The notes under the pieces: generated by a model | Seen by the model: the letters and a program-made list of their open reading frames with translations, nothing else | Database searches by the model: none | What the model was told of the DNA's origin: nothing | Translations under genes and position numbers: made by a program | DNA from: Thermoanaerobaculia bacterium | Lineage (GTDB): Bacteria > Acidobacteriota > Thermoanaerobaculia > UBA5066 | Length of the DNA: 64,000 nucleotides | Direction of reading: 5' to 3' | Assembly: GCA_963719225.1 (NCBI GenBank) | Contig: CAVRAY010000001.1 | Coordinates: 1,888,001-1,952,000, forward strand | Shown here: piece after piece, positions 25,864 to 35,800 of the stretch | Layout: the number at the start of each line of letters is the position of its first letter | How positions within the stretch are numbered: the first letter of the stretch is position 1

Positions 25864-28380
25864 ATGAGCGCCCTTCGGACGACGGGAGCCCTCTTCGCCT
25901 TCCTGGTTCTCTCTGCCGCTCGTCCGTCCGCCGCTGATTCGGACCTCTCCGTTCGGATGTGCGGTACGGCGTATCCCGATGCAAGCGCCAGTCTGATTCA
26001 GGGGAATTACACGGCGACGGTAACGAATATCGGACCCCAGCCTGCTACGGGCGTCACCGTTCGCTTTTCTCCTTCGGGATCCGTGGCTCCCAGCCAGGGC
26101 CAGTGCGCGGGCAGCCCACCGTTTCAGGGTGATTGCAACCTGGGGACCCTGGCGCCCGGCGCCCACGCCACGGTCACACTCTCGACGTTTGTTTCCGATG
26201 GACAAACGCAGAGCGTCAGCGTCATAGGAGACCAGCCAGACCCCGTCCCCTCCAACAACAGCACCGGCATCACCGTGTCGACCGTGGACTGCGACGATCT
26301 CTCGCAAAGCTGTCCGCTCCTGGTCTTCCTCGGGAAGGCGATCTGCGAGCGACGCGAGAGAGACGCGTGTAACGGCGGGTCTTCCGGACCGACCACGCCG
26401 ACGGGAGCCCGTGGCTCTCTTGCCGCTCGACTTGCCGCTCGTGTCGGATTCGCGGCGACCTCGTCGCTTTCGGCGCAGACTTTCTTCGACCTCCGCGACA
26501 AGGTCTTCGGCTCGACACCTTCCGGACGCCGGTACACGCAGCTCTATTACGGATACGGCCCGGAAGTGACCCGGCTCATATTGGCCAGCTCCGCGCTCGC
26601 CGATCAGGGCCTTTCGACGGCGACGCTGTGGCAAGGCAACGTGCAGGCCCTCGTCGACGGACGAGGCAACGCCGCCACGATCTCGTCGGCCCAGGTCGAC
26701 GCATTGAGCTCTTTCATCGAGTCCTTGAAGTCCGCCGGCAGCCCCGAGCTTCGAGCCGTTCTTTCGCGCGAGCAGGCGGCCCTGAATCTGCCCTCGCTCG
26801 CCGGGAAGACCATGCCGCAGGCCTGGGCGCACCAGCAACAGACGACGCCCGCCACCGTCACGCTCCCCGCGGCCGCGTCGATCCACGGCCTGAACGGCAG
26901 CTTCTTCCACTCCGACCTCAGCCTCCTCAACGCGTCGGCCACGTCCGCGGCTCCCGTGTCTCTCCGTTATCGCTGCTTCACGGGCACCTGCCCGAACAAC
27001 CTCCAGACGCTGACGCTCGCGCCGGCCGAGATGAAGAGCCTGGGGGACGTCGTCGGCACCCTCTTCAACGCGCCCGAGTCGGCGGGCCCGATCGAGATCG
27101 TGGGCGACGTGATCGCCGACAGCCGCGTCTACACCCCTGAAAAGCCGTCTCCGACGACGGGAGCCCTCGTGCCTGGCTTGACGGTCGACGAGGCCGTGGC
27201 TGAGGCGGTCCTCCTGTCCCTGTCGCACTCCGTGGACCGGGGAAAGGGCTTCCGCACGAACGCCGGCATCTACAACCCGGGCGCCGAATCGCTCCGCGTG
27301 ACCTTCGCGGTCTATGAACCTTCGGGGAATCGCATCGGCGAGACGTCCCGGGACGTCGGACCCGGAGTGGCGCTGCAGGTCAACGACCTCTTTGGATCGT
27401 CGGGAATCACGAGGGACGTACAGGACGCGTACACCCTCGTGACCGGAGACGGCATCCGGGAGTTTTTCGCCTACGCCACCGTCATCGACAATCAGTCGCA
27501 GGACCAGGTCTTCGTCAGGGGCCGCAACGCGCGCGGCGTTCCTACGGGCACGGCCACGCTCCCGACCGCGGCCTCCATCCATGGCTTGAACGGCGCTTTT
27601 TTCCACTCGGATGTCCGCGTCTTCAACCCTTCCCTGATCGCACCCGCGAACGTCACGGCCCGGTACAGGTGCTTCACAGGCTCGTGCCCGGGCACGTCGC
27701 AGACCTTCACCGTGGCTCCGCGTGAAATGAAGGCCTTCGACGACGTCGTGGCCACGCTTTTTTCGGCGCCCGAGTCTGCGGGTCCGATCGAGCTCGCGGG
27801 AGCGGTCCTGGTCGACAGCCGCGTCTATACGCCGGGGAAGCCCGCCGCGACGACCGGTGACGACGTGCCCGCTCTGCGGGATGACCAGGCGTCCTCCACT
27901 CTCGTGCTGACCTCGCTGAGCCGCTCCTCGAATCCGGGGGCGGGCTTCCGCACGAACGTCGGCGTCTACAACCCGGGGATCTTCTCTCTGACCGTCAGCT
28001 TTTCACTGTACGGTCCGTCGGGTCAGTCCCTGGGTACCGCGACACGCTCGCTGGACGCGGGATCCGCCCTGCAGATCAACGACATCTTCGGCGCCGCGGG
28101 CGTCGTGGGCGACGTCCCGAATGCCTACTGCATCGTGAGCGGCAGCGGGTTCGGCACTCCCTTCGGCCTCGGCAAGTTCTTCACGTACGCGACCGTCGTC
28201 GACAACCAGTCCCAGGACACGACCTTCGTGGTCGGACGAGCTCTTCCAACGGGAGCGATCGGGGCTGCAGTCGCCGGATTCGATGGTCCTTCGTCCCGAA
28301 GCCTCATCGCACTCGTTCCCCTCATCGCGCTCGTGACGACTCGATCGCTTCGCCGGAAGAACCTGTCTAACGGCGTTTGA
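25864..28380 (+). CDS. Exported/surface protein: DUF11 domain, CFI-box-like segment, two tandem repeats, C-terminal membrane anchor
   Basis: DSDLSV...YTATVTNIGPQPATGV...CNLGTLAPGA...DPVPSNNS (DUF11); two TLPxAASIHGLNGxFFHSD...RTNxGxYNPG...YATVxDNQSQD units; hydrophobic plus basic tail; AGGAGGG RBS. Confidence 0.8.
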   Translation: MSALRTTGALFAFLVLSAARPSAADSDLSVRMCGTAYPDASASLIQGNYTATVTNIGPQPATGVTVRFSPSGSVAPSQGQCAGSPPFQGDCNLGTLAPGAHATVTLSTFVSDGQTQSVSVIGDQPDPVPSNNSTGITVSTVDCDDLSQSCPLLVFLGKAICERRERDACNGGSSGPTTPTGARGSLAARLAARVGFAATSSLSAQTFFDLRDKVFGSTPSGRRYTQLYYGYGPEVTRLILASSALADQGLSTATLWQGNVQALVDGRGNAATISSAQVDALSSFIESLKSAGSPELRAVLSREQAALNLPSLAGKTMPQAWAHQQQTTPATVTLPAAASIHGLNGSFFHSDLSLLNASATSAAPVSLRYRCFTGTCPNNLQTLTLAPAEMKSLGDVVGTLFNAPESAGPIEIVGDVIADSRVYTPEKPSPTTGALVPGLTVDEAVAEAVLLSLSHSVDRGKGFRTNAGIYNPGAESLRVTFAVYEPSGNRIGETSRDVGPGVALQVNDLFGSSGITRDVQDAYTLVTGDGIREFFAYATVIDNQSQDQVFVRGRNARGVPTGTATLPTAASIHGLNGAFFHSDVRVFNPSLIAPANVTARYRCFTGSCPGTSQTFTVAPREMKAFDDVVATLFSAPESAGPIELAGAVLVDSRVYTPGKPAATTGDDVPALRDDQASSTLVLTSLSRSSNPGAGFRTNVGVYNPGIFSLTVSFSLYGPSGQSLGTATRSLDAGSALQINDIFGAAGVVGDVPNAYCIVSGSGFGTPFGLGKFFTYATVVDNQSQDTTFVVGRALPTGAIGAAVAGFDGPSSRSLIALVPLIALVTTRSLRRKNLSNGV

Positions 28381-28412
28381 CCGCTGCCGCCCGCCGAGCC
28401 TAAGGTGCGCGC

Positions 28413-28748
28413 GTGCAGGAATCCCAACGACGCGTCCTGGCCGCGCGGATCATCGCCCTCGTCGCCGATGCCGTTCAGGTCGGGCTGCTGCCGCTCTTCG
28501 CCGGGGGTGCCCCGGAGGGCTTCGACGCGGTGCTCGACGTCGCGGTCGGCGCCGCGATGATCGCTCTGCTCGGTTGGCACTGGGCGTTCCTTCCCGCCTT
28601 CCTCGCGGAGCTCGTTCCCGTCGTCGATCTCGCACCGACGTGGACGATCGCGGTGCTCATCGCCACGCGGCGCGCGGGCTGGTCCGGGGCGCCAGAGCCG
28701 GGGGTTCCGACAGAACCCCCCCTCCTGCCTCCCGCCGCCCGCCGTTGA
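28413..28748 (+). CDS. Small membrane protein of unknown function
   Basis: IALVADAVQ...LLGWHWAFLPAFLAELVPVVDLAPTWTIAV; hydrophobic, Pro-rich tail. Confidence 0.75.
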   Translation: MQESQRRVLAARIIALVADAVQVGLLPLFAGGAPEGFDAVLDVAVGAAMIALLGWHWAFLPAFLAELVPVVDLAPTWTIAVLIATRRAGWSGAPEPGVPTEPPLLPPAARR

Positions 28749-28980
28749 AGCCGAGGCCCGACACACGAACGAGAATTGCTCGAATCTCGTGAGAGTTGGG
28801 GCCCAACGGGGACGATCCAGGTGCCCGGCCTTCGGAGATTTGGTGCGTGGTATCCCGTTGCGGCCAATCGAGATGTTGAAAAATACAACGATGGATAGGG
28901 GGCTTTTTAAGGCATCTTGATCATGTTTATCCTCAACCTTGCTTGTAACGTATGGGTACTTGCGGATCGAGGAGGCGACC

Positions 28981-29613
28981 ATGACCACCACCCTCGAAAC
29001 GAGCACCGCCCTCATGCAGCCCGAGGCGGCGCCGTTGGGGCTCTCCGGGCTGTTGACGGGCTCCGAGCCATTCAAATGCTCGGAGAGCCCGCTCGACCTG
29101 ACGCTTCTCGACTTCTGGAAGTGGAGCGAATCCGACCTCTTGAACAGCCTGACGCGCACGCGGCTCGCCGAATTCATCGTGGCGACGGCCCTCGGCGCGC
29201 GTGCGGACGGGCCGCGCGACGAGCGCTCATCCCTCGAGCTGGTGACGCCGGACGGTGTCGGAGTCCGCGTCAAGTCGGGCTCGTTTCTCAAGAGCTTTCA
29301 CCAGCGGGATCTATCGAAGGTGGTCTTCATCCCGCAAGTCCGGCCCACATATGCCCACGCCGGCAGCGGTCATCACGCGACGTCCCGGCCTCTGGTCTAC
29401 GTCTTCGCGCTCCTGGATCACGTGGAAAGAGCGACGGTCGATCCGCTCGATCTCGACCAGTGGCGTTTCTTCATTCCGCCGACGTCGAAGCTCGAGACGC
29501 TCGTGACCGAACAGCAGCACGCGCTCTCCGTGCCGACGCTCGACGAGCTTTCGTCGGGAAGCGTGGCCTTCGAGAACCTCCGGGCCGCCGTCCAGAAGGC
29601 CGTGGGCTCCTGA
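28981..29613 (+). CDS. Hypothetical protein resembling a PD-(D/E)XK-like family, catalytic motif degenerate
   Basis: DFWKWSESDLLNSLTRTRLAEFIVATALG...VYVFAL...DPLDLDQWRFF; GAGGAGG RBS. Confidence 0.65.
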   Translation: MTTTLETSTALMQPEAAPLGLSGLLTGSEPFKCSESPLDLTLLDFWKWSESDLLNSLTRTRLAEFIVATALGARADGPRDERSSLELVTPDGVGVRVKSGSFLKSFHQRDLSKVVFIPQVRPTYAHAGSGHHATSRPLVYVFALLDHVERATVDPLDLDQWRFFIPPTSKLETLVTEQQHALSVPTLDELSSGSVAFENLRAAVQKAVGS

Positions 29614-29716
29614 GCGGGGGAGACCGAAGCAGGATTTGATTCGCCGCCACCGGCTGAATCCGGTGCCCGGCTCAACATGGATTCCGCGGACAGCGGATCC
29701 CAAGGAGATTCGAAAC

Positions 29717-30046
29717 ATGAAGAAGTCCCGTATCTCGGTCCTCGTCGCGGTTGCGGCTCTAGGCGTCGGCACGGCCGCGCTCGCCACGATGGACGCGCAG
29801 AAGCAGTTCGGCGCCGCGTACCCGGACGCGAAGGCGATCACGAAGTGCTCCACCTGCCATACGAAGGCGATGCCGAAAAAGGGCGAAGCCGACGTGAACG
29901 CCTACGGCAAGGCGCTCGGCAAGGCCGACAAGAGCGGCAAGTTCGACTTCGCGAAGATCGGAAAGGCGGACAGCGACGGCGACGGCGTGTCCAACCTCGA
30001 CGAGATCAAAAAGGGCACGAATCCCGGCGATCCGGCGTCGAAGTAA
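29717..30046 (+). CDS. Small monoheme c-type cytochrome with DSDGDG Ca-binding repeat
   Basis: Signal peptide, CSTCH, NAYG, DSDGDGVSNLDEIKKGTNPGD; AAGGAG RBS. Confidence 0.85.
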   Translation: MKKSRISVLVAVAALGVGTAALATMDAQKQFGAAYPDAKAITKCSTCHTKAMPKKGEADVNAYGKALGKADKSGKFDFAKIGKADSDGDGVSNLDEIKKGTNPGDPASK

Positions 30047-30060
30047 GCCTCTTGGGATCG

Positions 30061-30093
30061 GGCCCGGGGAGACGCATTCCCGGGCCTTCTTTT
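30061..30093 (+). terminator. Intrinsic terminator between convergent genes
   Basis: Stem GGCCCGGGGA / TTCCCGGGCC followed by TTCTTTT. Confidence 0.75.
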
Positions 30094-30097
30094 GCTT

Positions 30098-31348
30098 TCA
30101 GCGCGGCCTGGGCGGTTCGGGAAGCGTGCGCCGGAGTTGCGCGATCAGGTCCAAGGGCTTTCCGTCGCGGCGCAGGCCGAGCGTCACGCGGTCTCCCCAA
30201 CGTTTCGCGGCGAGCAGGGTCGCGAGCGATTCCTTGTCGCGCACCGATGAGCCATCAAACGCGAGCAGCAGGTCTCCGGTCCTCACGCCGGCCACCGCCG
30301 CCACCGAATCCTTCTCGACGTCGATGACTGCGAGCGGCGCTCCCTCCTTCCCTTCGCGCGTCGAAAGGCCCAGAGTGGGATAGAGCGGCGCGGCCTCGCG
30401 TGGGACGCCCCAGAGGTAATCCGCGTACGAGGCGCGAGCGGAGACGGCCTCGCCCTTCTCTCCGGGAACCTCGATCGGGACGAGCGAAGCCACGGGCGCG
30501 TCGGAGAAGACCCTAGCCTGTCGCTCGATGCCGAGGCCGTACGCGACGTGGCCCGAACCAGCCAGGAGGACGAGGATGGCGCCTGGCGGAGCGGACTTGA
30601 GAGCGTTGGCTGCGTTGAATGCCATCGTGGCGTCCCACGTGCATTGCGCGCGGAACATCCCGTCGAGCGCGTCTTCCGTGAGACCGCTGTGCAGACCGGC
30701 GTCGGCGCCCAGAAATGCCTTGAAGAGCTTTCGATGCTCGGCGCTGTCCATGTCGACGCGGGCGGGAACGTGTGCCGCCTCTTCCGATGTCAGATTCGCG
30801 AATCCCTTCTTGCGGACCGCGGAGACGACCTCCCGCGGCGTATTCACGCCCGCGAGAGCGAGGCCCCGCTCCCTCGCGAAGAGGAAGATGTCGCGGTAGT
30901 AACCCCAGTTGTAGCTCCAGTGCCGATACCAGCGCGACAAGGCGAGGAATCCGTCTTCGGTGAGCTGCCCCTTCGACCAGCGATCGAGCCAGGCCTGTTC
31001 CGTGTACGGGTACATTTCGAGGCCGACGAGCACCGGGCGCCCGGACGTCACGAGAGCCTCCAGGACGCGGCGCTCCACGCGGTGGGATTCGATGCTCGTG
31101 TGTCCCTCTCCCACGAGAAGGATGCGGGCCTTCCCGAGGCGCGAGGCGAGCTCGTCCGGCGTGAGCGCGTCTCCGTTTCGCGTGTCGACGATCGCGTCGA
31201 GGGTCACCGCGACGTGACGGTCGCGCCGGGCCGGGTCACCGACGGCGAGGTCCAGCGGCCCCTCGGCTGCCCGCGCGGCGAATCCGGCACCGAGACCGAG
31301 AGCAAGAATCAGCGGGAGACGGGTGGAAAGGGGAACGTTTCGGCTCAT
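30098..31348 (-). CDS. ChaN/PhuW family (heme-uptake-like) exported protein with PDZ domain
   Basis: LLVGEGH, VGLEM, YRDIFLFA, AQCTWDATMA, LAGSGHVAYGLGI; C-terminal PDZ (SVAAVAGVRTGD). Confidence 0.85.
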   Translation of the reverse strand: MSRNVPLSTRLPLILALGLGAGFAARAAEGPLDLAVGDPARRDRHVAVTLDAIVDTRNGDALTPDELASRLGKARILLVGEGHTSIESHRVERRVLEALVTSGRPVLVGLEMYPYTEQAWLDRWSKGQLTEDGFLALSRWYRHWSYNWGYYRDIFLFARERGLALAGVNTPREVVSAVRKKGFANLTSEEAAHVPARVDMDSAEHRKLFKAFLGADAGLHSGLTEDALDGMFRAQCTWDATMAFNAANALKSAPPGAILVLLAGSGHVAYGLGIERQARVFSDAPVASLVPIEVPGEKGEAVSARASYADYLWGVPREAAPLYPTLGLSTREGKEGAPLAVIDVEKDSVAAVAGVRTGDLLLAFDGSSVRDKESLATLLAAKRWGDRVTLGLRRDGKPLDLIAQLRRTLPEPPRPR

Positions 31349-31367
31349 CGACCTTCTCGCAGCGGCC

Positions 31368-32036
31368 TCAGGGCAGCGTGGCGAGATCCTCCATCTCCGT
31401 GCCGGTATAGACGTGGACTCCCGTCGGGCGTTCCCGCGCGACGGCGACCATCGCGCGCGCGACCGTGTCGGCCCTGATGGGCCGGTATTTCCGCGCGGGT
31501 CCGATCAGGACGAACGAAAAGAATCGCGCGGCTGCGATCCCGGCCGACTCCCCCCGCCGCTTCTCGCCCCTCGAGCCGACGAGAAACGACGGTCGGAAAA
31601 CGTGAAGGCCCGCGAAACCGAGCTTCGCGACGGCATCCTCGGCCTCGCCCTTCACCCGGCTGTAGAAGACACGCGACTTCGGGTCGGCGCCGATCGCGCT
31701 CACGAGATAGAAGTGGTCCGCGCCCGTTCGGATGGAGGTCTCCGCGAGGCGGACGACGTATTCGTAGTCGACCTTTCGGAACGCCGCCTCGGAACCGGCC
31801 TTCTTCATCGTCGTCCCGAGACAGCAGAAGACGTCGTGCACGCGCGGAAACGCCGACATCCTTCCGAGCCGTTCGAAGTCGACCGTACGCTGCTCGAGGC
31901 GCTTGTGCGTTACGTTTATCGGGCCGCGGACGAAGGCGACGACGTGCTCGTGCAGCCCGCTCGCGAGGAGACGGCGGAGGCAGTGCCCGCCCACGAGACC
32001 GCTGGCGCCCGCCACAATGGCCGTGCGTCCTGACAT
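31368..32036 (-). CDS. NAD(P)-binding oxidoreductase (YraR/HTATIP2-like)
   Basis: GASGLVG, FCCLGTTMKKAGSEAAFRKVD, FYSRVKGEAE, FRPSFLVG. Confidence 0.9.
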   Translation of the reverse strand: MSGRTAIVAGASGLVGGHCLRRLLASGLHEHVVAFVRGPINVTHKRLEQRTVDFERLGRMSAFPRVHDVFCCLGTTMKKAGSEAAFRKVDYEYVVRLAETSIRTGADHFYLVSAIGADPKSRVFYSRVKGEAEDAVAKLGFAGLHVFRPSFLVGSRGEKRRGESAGIAAARFFSFVLIGPARKYRPIRADTVARAMVAVARERPTGVHVYTGTEMEDLATLP

Positions 32037-32069
32037 GAGTTGCTCCCTGATTGTAGGCGAGAATCGGGT

Positions 32070-33638
32070 GTGGCCACGGTCGAAACGATCCTGACCCTTC
32101 TCGTCCTCACCACTGCGCTCGCGTTCCTGGCACGCAAGGTGAACGTGCCCTATCCGATCGTTCTCGTCGTCGCGGGGATGGGCCTGGCGTTCGTGCCGGG
32201 TCTTCCACGCGTGACGCTCGACCCGCAGATCGTCTTCCTGCTCTTCCTGCCGCCGATCCTCTATGCCGCCGCGTATTTCACGTCGTGGCGCGACTTCCGG
32301 ACGAACCTCTTCTCGATCTCCCTGCTGGCCGTGGGCCTCGTCATCGCGACGATGACGGCCGTCGCGGCGGCGGTCCACGCGCTCGTCCCGGGAGTCTCGT
32401 GGCCCGTCGCCCTCGTGCTCGGCGCGATCGTCTCGCCGCCGGACGCGATCGCCGCCACCGCGATCGCGCAGCGGCTACATCTTCCGCGACAGATCGTGAC
32501 GATTCTCGAGGGGGAAAGCCTGGTGAACGACGCGACGGGCCTCGTGCTCCTGAAGTTCGCGACGGCCGCCGTCGTGACGGGCAAGTTCGCGATCGCGTCC
32601 GGCGTCCTCGAGTTCCTGGGCCTCGTCGCGGGAGGGATCGGCGTGGGGCTCGCGATGGGGTATCTCTTCGTCTGGGTCCAGCGCTTTCTCGACGAGCCGA
32701 TCCTCGCGACGACGGCGTCGATCCTCTTCTCGTTTCTCATCTTCATCGTGGCGGAACGCCTGCACGTCTCGGGCGTCCTCGCCGTTGTCGTCGGGGGGCT
32801 GATCCAGGGGCGCTACGTGCCGCACATCTGGTCATCCGCGACGCGGCTGGAGGGAGCCGCCGTCTGGCAGACGCTCGTCTTCCTGCTCAATGCGCTCGTG
32901 TTCGTCCTCATCGGGCTCCAGCTCCCGATGATCCTCAAAGGCCTCGACCAGCCCTGGCCCACCGTGGTGGATGGCGTGTTCGCTTCGTTCGGCGCCATGG
33001 TCGTCGTCCGACTCGTGTGGATGTTTCCGGGCGCGTATCTGCCCCGATTCCTCTCGGAAAAGTTCCGGACGACGCATCCGTACCCGCCGTGGCAGGCCGT
33101 GACGATCGTGGGCTGGGCCGGGATGCGCGGCGTGGTCTCGCTCGCGGCCGCGCTCTCGCTGCCCTTCACCCTGGCGGACGGAAGCCCGTTTCCAGCGCGG
33201 AACTTTCTCATCTTCCTCACGTTTGCCGTCATTCTGGGCTCGCTCCTGGTCCAGGGACTCACGCTGCCGCCGCTGATCCGCTGGCTTCGCGTCGCGGAAG
33301 ACCGGACTTCCGAGCGCGAGGAGCGACACGCCCGTCTGAAGCTCGCCGAGGCCGCGATCGGGCATCTCGACGGGAAGATGGACGCGGGCACGATGCACGC
33401 GCACCAGGTTCATCCCGTGAGACAGGAGTACGTGCAGAGGATTCGGTCCCTGAGGGGTCTCGAGGGCGAGGCGCCGGCCGGGCTCGCGACGGTCGGCACC
33501 ACGAAGGCGCTGCGCCGCGAGGCCCTCGACGTCCAGCGCGATCAGCTCCTCAAGCTCCGCCAGGAGGAAGTCATCGGCGACGACGTCCTGAACCGGATCC
33601 AGTACGAGCTGGACCTCGAGGAGCTGGGGTTGAGGTGA
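32070..33638 (+). CDS. Na+/H+ antiporter, CPA1 family
   Basis: FLPPILY, GAIVSPPDAIA, EGESLVNDA, HVSGVLAVV, WAGMRGVVSLAAA, QYELDLEE. Confidence 0.94.
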   Translation: MATVETILTLLVLTTALAFLARKVNVPYPIVLVVAGMGLAFVPGLPRVTLDPQIVFLLFLPPILYAAAYFTSWRDFRTNLFSISLLAVGLVIATMTAVAAAVHALVPGVSWPVALVLGAIVSPPDAIAATAIAQRLHLPRQIVTILEGESLVNDATGLVLLKFATAAVVTGKFAIASGVLEFLGLVAGGIGVGLAMGYLFVWVQRFLDEPILATTASILFSFLIFIVAERLHVSGVLAVVVGGLIQGRYVPHIWSSATRLEGAAVWQTLVFLLNALVFVLIGLQLPMILKGLDQPWPTVVDGVFASFGAMVVVRLVWMFPGAYLPRFLSEKFRTTHPYPPWQAVTIVGWAGMRGVVSLAAALSLPFTLADGSPFPARNFLIFLTFAVILGSLLVQGLTLPPLIRWLRVAEDRTSEREERHARLKLAEAAIGHLDGKMDAGTMHAHQVHPVRQEYVQRIRSLRGLEGEAPAGLATVGTTKALRREALDVQRDQLLKLRQEEVIGDDVLNRIQYELDLEELGLR

Positions 33639-33644
33639 CGAACC

Positions 33645-35396
33645 CTAGCGGATCACCGGCGTCGGCGCTTCGCCTTCGACCCACCGGTAGAGGCCGGGCG
33701 AGAGGTCCTTCGCCGAAGCCATCGTCGCGTCCGGCCAGTGGACGTCGACCGAGTCGGCCTTCGCCGCCTGGCCGAGGCCGATGACGACGGTTCGGTCGCT
33801 CGCCGAAAGATAGCCGTCGCCGCCCGAGATCTCGTCGACGCGCTTGCGAGATCCCACCGTCGAAACCACGCGGGCGCCGAGGGCTGCGCGGTTCTTCCTC
33901 TTCGTGGCGAGCTGGAGTCTCACGGCGCGCGCGGGGGTCTCCGTGACGTTCCGGAAGACGCGGGCGGGGCCGCCGTTCTCGGTGACGACGAGGTCGGCCC
34001 GGCCGTCGCCGTCGAAGTCGGCCACGGCGAGGCCTCGCCCCACGATCGGGACGAGGAAGCTCGCGCCGGCCTGCGACGAGACGTCGGCGAACCGCCCGGC
34101 GCCGAGCCCGCGGAATAGGAGCGTCGGCTGCCGGTACGTGACGGTCGGCTGCACGTCCTGGACGGAGGTCTCCACGTGACCGTTCACGCCCACGACGTCC
34201 AGGATTCCGTCGAGGTCGAAGTCGGCAAATGCGACGCCGAACGTGAGCGGAAGGAGCGACGTCCGTCCGATGCCGCTTTGGACGGACTCGTCCACGAAGA
34301 AATCGCCCTTCGGCCCGGCGCTCCAGACGGACCACATCTCGTTCGAGAAGTTGCCGATCACGAGCGAGGTCCCGCCCTCGTTCTTCGTGTCCCCGAAGGC
34401 CACGCCCATCGCCCCGCGCGCGCGGCCGTCCTCTCCCACGGCAACGCCCGTCTCGACGGCGGCGTCGCGGAAGATCGGGATGCCGTTCACGGTCTTCTCG
34501 TTCCGGCAGAGGTTGTTCGGAGACGTGTCGTTCGCGACGACCATGTCGATGCGGCCGTCGCCGTCGACGTCACGCACGGCCACGCCGAGCGCCTTGCCGA
34601 GAGGGTTCACGAGGCCCGCTTCCTTCGTGATGTCGCGGAAGCGGCCGCCGCCGAGGCCCTTGTAGAGGCGCGAAGGCGTTCCCGGATAACGCTCGGGCGT
34701 GCAATAGGACTTCGTCTTGCCGTCCAGCGAGCAGTACATGTCCGTCTTCGGCGTCCAGTTCACGTACTGGCCGACGAAGAGGTCGAGCGTGCCGTCCCCG
34801 TCGAAATCCGCGAACGCCGCGGACGTCCCCCAGCCCGACCCGACGAGACCGGAGCCCTTCGTCGCGTCGCGGAAGCGTCCCTTCCCGTCGTTCAGGAAGA
34901 GCCGGATGTCGTCGAGGCCCGTGATGACGACGTCGGGGAACCCGTCGTCGTTCACGTCGCCGACGGCGACCCCCATGCCGAAGAGGGAGACTCCCAGGCC
35001 GCTCTCCTTCGTCCTGTCCTCGAAGCGGATGGGGCCGCCGGGGCTCGTGACGTTGCGGTAGAAGGCGAGCGTGGCCCGGGCCGCCGTCCCGCGCGGGTCT
35101 CCCGCCCAGTAGCGGCCGTTGACGAAGAGGAGGTCGACGCGGCCGTCGCCGTCCGCGTCGAACGCGGCCACGCCCGATCCCATCGTCTCGGGCATCCACT
35201 TCTTGCCGGCGGCGCCGTTCACGTGCGTGAAGGCCACTCCGGAGGCTTTCGTCACGTCCTCGAATCGAATCGAGGAGACCGCGCGCGTCGGCTCGGGCGC
35301 CGGAGTGGGGGAGACGGGTTTCGCCTCGGGTTTGCGGCAGGCAGTAGCGGCGAACGCAAGGGCAAGAAAGAGAGGAAGATTTCTTAGAATGGTCAT
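33645..35396 (-). CDS. CRTAC1 family FG-GAP/ASPIC-UnbV lipoprotein
   Basis: Lipobox ATAC; ETMGSGVAAFDADGDG, YCTPERY, GKALGV, VGRGLAVADFDGDG, VHWPD. Confidence 0.9.
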   Translation of the reverse strand: MTILRNLPLFLALAFAATACRKPEAKPVSPTPAPEPTRAVSSIRFEDVTKASGVAFTHVNGAAGKKWMPETMGSGVAAFDADGDGRVDLLFVNGRYWAGDPRGTAARATLAFYRNVTSPGGPIRFEDRTKESGLGVSLFGMGVAVGDVNDDGFPDVVITGLDDIRLFLNDGKGRFRDATKGSGLVGSGWGTSAAFADFDGDGTLDLFVGQYVNWTPKTDMYCSLDGKTKSYCTPERYPGTPSRLYKGLGGGRFRDITKEAGLVNPLGKALGVAVRDVDGDGRIDMVVANDTSPNNLCRNEKTVNGIPIFRDAAVETGVAVGEDGRARGAMGVAFGDTKNEGGTSLVIGNFSNEMWSVWSAGPKGDFFVDESVQSGIGRTSLLPLTFGVAFADFDLDGILDVVGVNGHVETSVQDVQPTVTYRQPTLLFRGLGAGRFADVSSQAGASFLVPIVGRGLAVADFDGDGRADLVVTENGGPARVFRNVTETPARAVRLQLATKRKNRAALGARVVSTVGSRKRVDEISGGDGYLSASDRTVVIGLGQAAKADSVDVHWPDATMASAKDLSPGLYRWVEGEAPTPVIR

Positions 35397-35800
35397 GGGG
35401 GCGAAAATGTTACTCCAGGGAGCGACGGCGCGGATCCATCGTAGAGTCCGTGGGATGAAGCGAGCGGTTTCGACGCTTTCTTTCGCAGCTGTCCTTCTTT
35501 CGGTCTTCACGGCGTCCGTCTCGAGGGCTGAGTCCCCGCCGCCTCCGAAGCTTCGCCTGCCCGCGGGAGCCGCTCCACTGGGCTACGCCGCGGAGCTCTG
35601 GATCGACCCTTCCCAGGGGACGTTCAAGGGGAAGATAGAGATAGAAATCTCTTCGAAAGGCGAAGAGGGCACCGTCTGGTTGAACGCCAGGGATCTGGTC
35701 GTGGAAACGGCGTCCGCCCGCCGCGCCGAGGGGGGCGAGGCGAATCCCGCCGCTGCGGCTTTGGCAGGCAGGGACTTCGTCTCCCTCACCTTTCAAAGAA
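35381..35800. repeat. Cluster of TTCTWAGAA elements
   Basis: TTCTTAGAA at 35381, CTCTTCGAA at 35649 and inverted TTCAAAGAA at 35792, with GA- or CT-rich flanks. Confidence 0.65.

Noticed and set aside
28750-28980. AT-rich intergenic stretch as an ncRNA or riboswitch
   Set aside because: No recognisable conserved structure or motif by eye; most simply a promoter region. An Rfam scan would settle it.
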